DNA from: Chromera velia
Lineage: Eukaryota
Reading direction: 5' to 3'
DNA: 59,708 nucleotides
Assembly (NCBI GenBank): GCA_018398765.1
Contig: JAHBMJ010000020.1
Coordinates: forward strand, 1 to 59,708
Numbering within the stretch: the stretch's first letter is position 1; each line of letters opens with the position of its first letter. Made by a program: the position numbers and the translations under genes. The notes under the pieces are model-generated. The model saw only the letters and a program-made list of their open reading frames with translations, was not told where the DNA came from and ran no database searches. Positions 46,803 to 57,645 of the stretch are shown one piece after another.

Positions 46803-48340
46803 ATGGACCCCTTTCAACGGCTTGACGCCGACCTTCTCCACCAAGTCCTGGAGAGGTGTGACGTCGCCTCCATCCTCAACGTTGCGCAGACCTGCACTTA
46901 CCTCAAGACCGCGACTGACAACGCCCTTCTCTGGTTGATGCTCTACGAAAGAACTCAGACAGCGCACCCCAGAGCGGGTGTGTGTGAGAAGCTCCTCAGT
47001 CTGATCAGTCGTCCCTTCGGCAGAGACGCCATTGGTCAGTCCGTTTCCGTTTCCATTCTCCAGTGTACCGAAAACGCGTGTACTTTTCCCGTTTCCGCAC
47101 GAGCAGAAGCTTTCATTTTCATCTTGTGTTGGTGTGTGTGGGTGTTGCAGGATGGTCCGTCTCCGTGCTCAACGAGGCGACAAAAACGTACAGGGAGGGC
47201 AAGGTGGTGGACTTCAAAACGGAAAACATCCCTTCTGGTCGGTCGGTGTGGCGACATCTGGAATTTGGGCTGGCCTTTTCTTTTTCTTTCCCATTCTCCC
47301 CGATTCCTTCCGTAGGGAATGTCTTCCTGCCGGGGTAGTCAATGGGCTGGGTTGTTCTTTTTCTTTTGGCTCCCTGGACTTGTGCGTCTCTCCTCATTTT
47401 CTCTCTCTCCTCTCCTCCCTTTCAAGAAAAGTGCGTGGACGTTCTCTGCAAGGATAACGAACATCAGAGTACACGTGTGTGTTGTGGTGTGTTGCGTGCC
47501 TCCTTCCTGTTGTTGATCGATCGATCGATGAGGCTTTCGCATTCATTTCATACAGGATTGAAATTGAAAAATGAATGTCTGCCTCTTGCCTGTTGTTGAT
47601 CGATCGATCGATCGATCAGGCTTTGCGATGGTGAGTTACTTCGGCGTTCTCTACGAGGACGACGAGACAGGAACTGTCCAGTGGGAGACGGAGGAGAGGC
47701 AACAGGACAGATGGTACAATGCAGGTCGGTCAGAATTAAATTAAATTACTTTCATACAGAATTCTGTAAAAGGGAGACGGAGGAGAGGCAACAGAACAGA
47801 TGGTACAACGCAGGTCGGTTTGGTGGGTGGACAGTCGGGCATGGTGACGCGTAGAGGCTCGGTTTTACTGGGTACCCGAGAAAAGGAACTGAACGAAAAT
47901 TTGGCAAGAGAAATGGGAGCAAGTACTTTCACAGGGAAGGGGAGGATTTGGCCATCATCTGAACGAAGGGAAGCAAAGAGAAGCTTACCCTCCGGTGCGC
48001 GTTTTTTCTCATTTTGGCGAGGCCTTCGGCAGAATTTGCCGGTTGCCATGATTCGGAAAGCATTTTCGTGGTCGGTTGACGTTTCCCTGCTTTCTTTTCT
48101 GTGCTTGTGCAGGCAAGAGCCGCTTCATCTTCAAGTCGAAGGACGAGGACGGGAGCGGGTGCAGGAAAAAGGGAGCGTCGGGAGGAGACGGGGAGGACGG
48201 AGAGGCACAGAAGGAGACGTAAGCCAAACGTCAGGGGGGGGGGTGACTGCATGTCGAGGGTGGGTGGGGTCTGGGTGTCTTCGAGAAGAAGGTGGTGAAA
48301 CGCATGATTTTGCCTCTGCCAATCTGTCTGTGACTTCCTC

Positions 48341-48371
<31 letters not shown>

Positions 48372-50494
48372 CCCTGTCTTTTTGTGTGTTTCGTGTNNNN
48401 NNNNNNNNNNNNNNNNNNNNNNNNNNNNNNNNNNNNNNNNNNNNNNNNNNNNNNNNNNNNNNNNNNNNNNNNNNNNNNNNNNNNNNNNNNNNNNNNNNNN
48501 NNNNNNNNNNNNNNNNNNNNNNNNNNNNNNNNNNNNNNNNNNNNNNNNNNNNNNNNNNNNNNNNNNNNNNCAGGGACGGAGTGAGCGAGAGAGTAAGTCA
48601 GCGCGTTTCTGAGGTGTGCCTGTGCGTCTCTCTCTGTGTCTGTCTGTGTGTATGCAGGGAGGATGAGACAGACGGAGACGGAGACGGCGTGTTTCCTCTC
48701 TGGAGTCTGAGAGAGACCAGAGAGACGGACTGGAGGGCATTGACCAAGCAGACGTTCACGGGAGCCCCGAGGAAGCTTCTGTTGGATGTGATGCAACACA
48801 AAGACGAGGTGAGGTGAGGGGGGGAAGGCAGATATGTGCGTCAATAGGACGTCTGTGAGTGAATTAGGTGGTGTTCAACGCTTTTTTCTTTTTGTGATCT
48901 AGTATATCAGTCTGTCTGTTGCTTTTCATTTGCCTCCTTTTCTTTTCGTGAAAAAAGAACGAATGACCCTTCCTTCCTTCCTTCCTTCCTTCCTTCCTCT
49001 CTTTGCAGGTTCTCCACGTCGCCTTTTCTGACTGTGGGCGGTTCTTCTCCACCTGTAGCAGAGATCGGAGTGTTCTTGTCTACAGGTCTGTAGGGTGGCT
49101 TTGTCTGAATGTGTGTGTATCCACAGATGCTACCTCAAGGGAGGTTTCCTCTTCGTCAAAACATGTAGCGGTAAGGAAACCTAGCAAGCTAGAGGTCGAA
49201 ACGGTTTGGTTTCTCATTCGTCGTTCTGTTTCCTGTGTTTGGTGCTCTTGCTCCTCTGAAGAGTCTGCATGACCGTCTTTTCTTCCCTTTCTGTTGAAAA
49301 TGAGGCATGCAGGTTGAGCGTTTCTGCGCACCGTCCTTGAACTACCCAGTTACACGCAGAGACACAACATACACAGACGATCGATCTCTCTTGGAAGAGT
49401 ACCGGAAATCTGCACGCGCTGATCCGACCGTGTCGTTTTCCTTCAGCCTTTCACCCCGACTTCACTCAATCTGTGCGTGTACGTATGTGTAATTGCAGTG
49501 TGGAGTCTCTGTTAGAATACGTCCGATTGGCTTCCGTGGTGGCAGGGGGGGGGGAGGAGGAGATAAATAAGGTTGGAAGGAAAGAGAGAGGGTTGAGGCT
49601 GCGTTCGGGTCTTAAAGCCTCGCCCGGGGGAAGCGGAGAGGGCCGAGAGGCTGGACAAAGGACAGAGTCCCCCTCGTCCCGTCAGCTCACTCATGAGCAT
49701 CGGGAAGAGCCATGCAGGCCATCCTACCGCATCCGCAACCCCCAAACCTTCCAACGGCCAAATGAGGAGGAGGAAGGATATGTGAGTATAAGAGATACGC
49801 TGATCAGTCTCCGGATGGAGAACGAGCGTGCAATGAAGGACCAGGACAGACGGCAGTCCGAAGAGGAACCGGAGATCGAGAAGTGGGAGCGTCTTGCCCA
49901 ACCAGTGAGAATGTGAGTCAGTCAGCTGATGGACTGCCTCTCTCTCGCTCTCTCTCTGTGTGTGTGTGTGTGTGTGTGCATATGTGTGTGCATGTGTGTG
50001 TGTGTGTGTGTTTTCGGAATTGCTTTCACTGACAGGACGTTGACCCGACAGGCAGGATTGTGTGTTAGCACAAACCGCTATCTCGACCTTCATCCACCAA
50101 TCCCTCGGCATACCAGCTGCCAAGCTGCTGTTTAGTGTTGGAAAGAAAGAGTTGATGTTCTTTGTGTATGTGTGTTTGAATGAATTCCTGGATGCATGTG
50201 TAGGTTGGAGCTTAGAGGTTCCCATATGGGAGTGCCCATTCGATCTCGTTGGCGTCCTGACGGGCGAGCTCTGATTGTCTGCACAGAGAGCGTCAGGGAG
50301 CACGCACCTGTGAACTCTCCTGCGTACGCGTTCGTGTGGGATCTTGACTCAGGTAGGTGAAGGGGGATCGAGGGGTGAAGCGGAATTCAGAGCAGATGAG
50401 GGGGTGCCAAACAACACACAAAGACCTCTGTCCGTGTCCTTTCTCTCGCAGTCCTCGCGACCCTTCATTCTTGCGACTTTTGTGAAATGGACAG

Positions 50495-50530
<36 letters not shown>

Positions 50531-51310
50531 CCTCTCTCTCTCCAACGCACACTCACTCACTCACTGTGTGGGTTTGTGTGTGTGTGTGTCTCTGCAGATC
50601 GCGTATCTTTCGATTTCCCTGCGGTCCCTTTCGACTCCTACGGCAGTTGGATTCCTTCCGTCTCCCTCCCTCTCCCCGTCCCGCCGTCTCCTCCGGCTCC
50701 ATATCCTTCTTCTTCATCCTCCTCATCCTCTTCCTTTGCTCCTCATGCAAGATACCAGTCTCCATCTCAGGAAGAGAAGAGAGCATTAGAGAACCCTCCC
50801 TCTTCCCCTTCCAAGTCTTTTTCTTCTTCTAGTTCTTCCACACGCCCCCACCCAGACAGATCTGTCCCCAAAGGCGCAACCAGGGAGGACAAGGGGGGAC
50901 TCCAAGAATTATTCAGAGGCGGCGCGCGGTTGTGTGGTCCTTCCGCCTTTTGCGATCCGGCTGCTGCTCCTGCTGCTGCTTCTTCAGCACCGCCTCCCGA
51001 CAATCCCTCTTCTTCTTTCCACAAAGCCTCCTACGGGGTCATTTCGACCTCTGCTCTGGTCTTTTCTGCCCCCGAGGAAGGATGGAGACAGACGATCTCC
51101 GAGTGGGGAATGGACTCGCAGGGGGGACGCACGCAGCCTCGGACACGCAAGATCGTCAAACCCGCAGGACTGGGATACCTCCGGAGCATGGAGGTAGGTC
51201 CATTTGAGCATGGGTGGGTGGAGACGGCTTTTTTGTACCGAGGTACAGAAACAGACAGACAGACAGACAGACAGAAAGACAGACAGACACAGACAGACAG
51301 ACAGACAGAC

Positions 51311-51345
<35 letters not shown>

Positions 51346-51384
51346 AAGACAGACAGACAGACAGACAGACACAGACAGACAGAC

Positions 51385-51419
<35 letters not shown>

Positions 51420-51722
51420 AAGACAGACAGACAGACAGACAGACACAGACAGAAAGACAGACAGACAGACAAAGACAGACAGACAGACAGACAAAGACAG
51501 ACAGACAGAAAGACAGACAGACAGACAGACAGACAAAGACAGACAGACAGACAGACACAGACAGACAGACAAAGACAGACAGACAGACAGACAGACAAAG
51601 ACAGACAGACACAGACAGATAGACACAGACAGACAGACAAAGACAGACAGACAGACAGACAGACAGAAAGACAGACAGACAGACACAGACAGACAGACAG
51701 ACACAGACAGACAGACAGACAA

Positions 51723-51755
<33 letters not shown>

Positions 51756-54700
51756 TACAGACAGACAGACAGACATACAGACAGACAGACAGACAGACAT
51801 ACAGACACAGACAGACAGACAGACAGACAGACACAGACAGACAGACAAAGACAGACAGACAGACAGACAGACACAGACAGACAGACAAAGACAGACAGAC
51901 AGACAGACAGACACAGACAGACAGACACAGACAGATAGACACAGACAGACAGACAAAGACAGACAGACAGACAGACAGACAGAAAGACAGACAGACAGAC
52001 ACAGACAGACAGACAGACACAGACAGACAGACAGACAAGACAGACAGACAGACAGACAGACAAAGACAGACAGACAGACAGACAAAGACAGACAGACAGA
52101 CAAAGACAGACAGACAGACAAAGACAGACAGACCGACAGACAGACAGACAGACATACAGACAGACAGACAGAAAGAAAGACAAGAAACGGGACGCAAAGG
52201 GAAATTGAAGCACCTGCTTCTGCGCGTTCGCGTTGCGTGGCTCCGTGTTTTCCTGTTTGTCTGCCTGCATTTTTGTCGCTTTCTACTTCTGTGTCCTCTC
52301 TCTCACACTCGTTCTGTCTGCTTGCGTGTGTGTGTACGTGAGTGCCCTGACCGAGTCGAGTAGAACTCCGCCTCACCTCGCCTCATTTGCCTGCCTGGCT
52401 GCTTGTTTGCAGGTGTCCTCTGAGGGTTCCTGGGCGGCCTTCGCTGGTTGCAGCTCTGTGTGGCACGTTGACGTTGTGGCCCTTGTTCCGTTGAGGAACG
52501 TGAATGCTGTCGGGGGAGGTCAGCCTGCAGGATGAATGCAGGATGAATGAATGCAGACAGATAGATCTCATCTCTTCCGGTTGATCCTCCTCAGTCTTCG
52601 AAGAAAGACAGATTCAATTAAGGAAACCGGGTCTCCTTTCTGCCGGTGAAAATGAAATTGAGGCAGTAAGAGGGTGTTTTGTGGACTTGTGTGTCGGCCG
52701 TAGGGTGATTTTTCTCTCGTCGCCTCTTGTGTGTGCGGGATTTTTTCTCTCGTTCCTTGCTTCTCTGGGGATGGTTTTTGTGTTCATTAGTGCACGACTT
52801 CTTTTCATCTTGCTGAACTTCTAAGTCCTTTGTACATCTTCTTCTCATGTATCCAATCAATTTGTGTGAAACGATGTTTGTTCCCTTGACGCACGCAGAG
52901 CTTCCGTGGGAGCGGTCAGAGAAGTTCCTTGAGGCGCGGCGTCGTTCAAGGGAGCTCTTCCGAAAGCAGCAGAGGGAGAGGGAGCGGGCAGAAGAACCAG
53001 GCCAAGCGGCTGCGGGGGGGGGTAGTGAGGGTTTGCCCGCTGAAGGGGGAGAGAGCATGGAAACGGGAGAGGGTGCGGAAGAAGATCAGATGTCGGCAGG
53101 TGCTGTGGGGAAGGGGCTGAGAGCAGACAAGAAGGCTGCCGAACTTTTCTCTTTTGTTGAAGTTGAGAAGGGAGAGGAGAAAGAAGGGTGGCCAAAGAAG
53201 AGAAAAGGCCGTCGCCAGGCTGTCGATATGGTTCGTTTGTTTCTTGAAGTGTGCAAGCTTTCAGTGTTCAAGAGACGGCAGACATTAGCGTCTCTGCGAA
53301 AAGTTCTGTCCGATTCGGCATCTGACCTTGCAATGCCGTCTCTTTCTCTTGAGCAGACACAAAGAGAACAAGGACATACTCCGACGGAGAACAGAGAGGG
53401 CGCAAGTCGACTTCCTCGACTTTCCCAGTCTCCGTCTCCTTCGCAAAACCCAAGCCCCGCCTCTCCACAGAGAGGAGGAGGGACTGTTGCCACACCGGCT
53501 CCTTTCGAGGGAGGCGAAGTGATGGTTGGGGACATGTTCGTTCGAGATGAGGTTGTCGGTCGGCTGCCTTCATGCTTGTGGAGGCACCTCCACCCCACCT
53601 CCGGCCGGGATGGATCTTGTGAAGGTGCAGGGGGGGTTAATCCTCTAGGCACGCTTGGGCAGAGAGACATCCAGACAAACAGAAATGGGGGGGCGATGGG
53701 GCTTCTCGCGCGTGCCTTCCTGAGACGCGGGGGGGATACTTCTTCGATGATGCATCCCCAGACGGACGTCGGCCCTAATCCTGTGATGATGAGGGGGCCT
53801 GCGGAGCCGATGTTAACTCGGCATGCTGCGAGAATGCAGCGATCAAGGGAAACGAGGGGTGATGCGGAAATTCAAAACAGGGAGGGTGGGGAGGGTATCA
53901 CAGAGTCTAGGCGAAGGGCCCAGTATTTCATTCAGTTTCTCGGAGGAAGAAGAGGAAGAGACAGTGGAGAAAGAGAAGAAAAAGAAGAGGAAGAAGAGAG
54001 TGACGACGACGATGAGGCCGACGACGCAGGATACATGGAGACGTGGTCGGATGGGGACGCCTGGAGGGAGACGGTGTTGTTGGACGCTGGGATGGCTGTG
54101 CTATCGAGTCGCCTTTCCGCCGGTCAGTCAGAGAGACTTCGCCGATACTTTATACAATCCAGACAGAAGAAGGACAAGCGAAGCGGGAGAGAATCACGAA
54201 AAGAATAGAAAGAGAAAAGGCAGAGAGAAGTGAGAAAACCACAAAAGCTGCGACCGAAGAGTCGCCTGGAGGGAAGCTGGTCACTTAGTCCTCTTGATTA
54301 CCCTCCTCCTTCTGCTCTCGATCCTCTTTTTTCTTTTTTCCGTGTTTGCCTCTGTTCTTCTTTTTCCCTCTGCAGACAACGAGTTTCTCCTTCTGAACTG
54401 CCGACCGTTCGTCTCTGCGCTTCCGAAAAGACTGAGGGCAGTCGGGAGGGGGGCAGCTGCTCAGTACGGCCGCACAGAGATCCAGACGCACATGGTCCTC
54501 CAGGTGTGGAGCATGAGGACACTCGAGAGGGTCAGTCAGTCAGTTTGGTCTTTTCTTTGCTTTTTGTTTTTTTCGTTAGTTGGAAGTCAAGTTTTCATGC
54601 ATCTGTTTTTTTCGTTGGTTGGAAATTAAGTTTTCTTCATGTATCTATTGTGATAGGGAGCTGTTTCTCCTGTTGAATTCTGAAAGCAAGTCGAATGCAA

Positions 54701-55364
54701 AACCGGTGTTCTGATTGCAAGGTCTCTCTTAGTCCGTCTCTCTCCAGCATGCTTCTTCCTTTTCTTCCTTTCTTCCCTCTTTGGGCTTCTTCTTCGATCA
54801 CTTTCTCTTCTCTTTCTCTCTCTCTTCCTCTCTCTGCATGTGCTTGTACGGTGTGTTTTGTTTCTTTCTTTCAGGTCGCCTGTCTGACGGGCCACCACGC
54901 GTTCACGACGGCCTCTTGTCCCTTCTCGATCTGTCCCGAAGAGAGCAGACCTATGCACTCACGGCAGCCCTCACTTCCAACTGGAGAGTCGCCCGAAGGC
55001 TCTCCCTCTCCTGTTTCCTCCTCTCGTCTCAGAGAACGGGAAAGGGATGTCGCAGGAAGAGATGAAAAGGGGGAAGAGAAATGTGGCCCTTCTGGAGCAA
55101 GGGAAGGCACGGAGACGGGGAGTGAGGAGACGAGCAAGAAGGGCTTTAAGGGGCAGAATGCGAATGTGAGGGCGGGTCCGATGGTGATGCCTGAGTGGGA
55201 GTTTGCAGCCTCTGGTGGGGAGGACAAGCGCGTGTGCGTGTGGGACGTGCGGAGGCAGCGATTGTTGTCGGTGCTGGAGAAGCATGAGGACGTCGTCAAT
55301 TGTGGTCAGTCGGTCGGTCGGTCAAATTTTGCGACTGTCTGTGTCTGCACGTCTCTCTTTCTTT

Positions 55365-55449
<85 letters not shown>

Positions 55450-56387
55450 CTCTTAAGCTAGTCAGTTAGTCACGTGGCTGCCCCTATTCTTTGGCAGAGT
55501 AATTCTTCTTTCGCTTTGTCGGCTGCTCCCTATACCCCTTTAAGTTCTTGCCCTGCCATTGTCGCCGACTTCCGGGTCACTCTTTTCTTTTTGGGTGCAT
55601 GCCTGCCTGCCTGCCTGCCAAACGGAGTGTGTGTGTGAATGTACAGGTCCATGTGGTCGTCTTAGATAGATGTAAGGAGAAACCGCATCATTTCGGGGAG
55701 ATGCACAGAACGCAGGTGAAGAATCAGAAAATATCACCGGCATCCCTCTTCCGCGTGTGTACTGAACTGCCTGTATGTATACCTGCACGCATGCATGCAT
55801 GTACGTATGCAGTCTCCTGGTCCAAGGCCCGACCTGGTTTGATGGTCTCTGTCTCCGATGAGGGTCGTCTCTGTGTGTGGGGCTCTGAGGCCCTCTCTGC
55901 CTCTCTGTCTGCCCTCTCTGACGGGTCCTCCTCGAGGTCCCTCACAGCAGAAAAAGAAGGAGAGGGAGGGGCGTGTTCATCCTCTCATCCGTGTCCCTCC
56001 AGCAGGGGGTGTGTGGGGAGAGAAGAGGAACCGCTCTGTGCACCTCCTCTCCAGTCCCCCCCCTTCGTGAAGTCCCACACCCCCGCGTACACAATCAGAA
56101 GCAATTGCAACATCCGGAGACACGTCGGAAGGGCGACAACCTCGGTAGTCCGCAGAGGACCGACATCCTCGTTCGATACCATCATTCCCCCACGGGGTGT
56201 GCTGCCACGACGTGCATCCCAGGCTACCCCGCCACGACGTGCATCCCAGGCTGCCCCCATCTCCTCGTTTGTGCCGCATCAGACTGCACCCCACCTGCGT
56301 GAAGGCCGACAGCCCCCTCCGACCCAGGGTGAGAACGGAGAGGGCGACAGAGAGACGGGAAGAGGGGCAGACGACGAAGTCAACTAA
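46803..56387 (+). CDS. FBXW5-like: F-box/WD40 protein, FBXW5-like, multi-exon with large low-complexity insertions
   Basis: N-terminal F-box [25 protein letters not shown]...DNALLW. WD segments [43 protein letters not shown] and [15 protein letters not shown]...HEDVVNC|VSWS...[12 protein letters not shown] occur in the order recalled for FBXW5. One intron contains an assembly gap. Confidence 0.8.
48397..48570. other. Assembly gap (other Ns at 18347, 25598-25603 and 33940-33979)
   Basis: Runs of N. Confidence 0.99.
51247..52182 (+). repeat. About 0.9 kb degenerate (GACA)n microsatellite in an intron of the FBXW5-like gene
   Basis: GACA units interspersed with GACACA, GACAAA, GAAA and CATA variants. 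Confidence 0.97.
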
Positions 56388-57645
56388 CCCCGCACCATCA
56401 TTCAAGTGACTGCATGCAGTTTCTTGATCTTTGTACGTGCTGATCACATCGTCGAGGGAGGCTGTCCGACGAATACCGTTTCTCCGAAAAGGACGCTCAT
56501 GCGGAAGCCACTGCATGTACAGGCCGGCTGTGCGGTTCCTTCTCACCAGACAAAAGAGACTGCCAACTTCCGACCTACCTTCCATCTCCAGTGAAACTGA
56601 GCCAGCTAAGGCAAGCTTTAAACCTCACGGAGTCACACGCCAAAGAGCTCTGCAGGAATCGAGTCTGGCTTGGCGAAACTTGCATTGTCTATCACGGTCC
56701 GACTCACGGACTCACTGCTGTTTTCCGTGGTTAATTGTGCGCAATCATTTTTTTGTTAGCATTTTCTACTTAAATGCCGTACATATATGATTTTTGCAGG
56801 GTGCTAGGCAGGATGATATATAGGATAGGATATGTACTGTAATATGATACGAAATGAAACAGTCAATTTAGGATTAGGATTTATGTTCCGGGTTTGTTCC
56901 GAGGTTCACTGCTAGGAGACGGCTTGCACAATTTAACAATTTTATCCGTGAGTTTCATTTAAGAATCTTAGGAATCGGAAAGTTAAGATTATTTAAAAAT
57001 TTTTAAATTTTAATAAAGTAAACGCGACTATACACTAAGTAGTAAGTACACATATATGCAGAACTTAATGTTTTTTTGAAGAAATTTTGCCAGTGATAAA
57101 TTAAGGTTGAAGGTTCAAGTTGGCTAGCAAGTTGGCTCTTTGTTAGATTGAAATCTCAAGATACTTGGTACTTGAATATACTAGTAGTAATCCTAGTTAC
57201 GGACCTAGTCGTAGTTCATGGAACTTTGAAACATCTATCACAGCCAAGTGATTTATCATTTCTGACCTAGTTTTTGATAGGCCGGGGACCCGTATATGTG
57301 GGATCGGTCTTAATCGGTCTGAATCGTCTGATGCTCCATTACTCCCTGTCCTCCCGCAATATGGACCTCGTAACAAACCTCAGTTGAAACCTGGAAAGCT
57401 AGAACATATATTTTATCTTATATTATCTTCTAGCTTATCCTACTACTAGTAAACCTATACCTAGTTTCAGAGACTCTAGGCTTAACCACAATTAAGTAAG
57501 TAAGTATATTTAATTAGCCTGATCTAGAACATGATTTAGGCTATAACCTTTAAAAATTAAATCTAAAATTGAATTAAGTTAGCTAATACAAATTTAATGC
57601 GATCAATGATGTAAAATGCATTATAATGAGTTTCATTGAATCATT

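Noticed and set aside
50984..52376. Long ORFs of 244-428 aa (LSVC/TDRQ repeats) and similar VCVC/THTH/ERER ORFs elsewhere
   Set aside because: They are translations of (GACA)n, (GT)n and (GA)n microsatellites, mostly in introns.
54560..56260. About 40-bp intronic tandem duplication (54565-54645) and 27-bp coding duplication PRRASQA (56203-56256)
   Set aside because: These are simple adjacent slippage duplications without a spacer or shared motif.
57179..57451. Possible CTAG-ended TIR element (TACTAGTAGTA...TACTACTAGTA)
   Set aside because: The inverted match is short and low-complexity, and no TSD is present.
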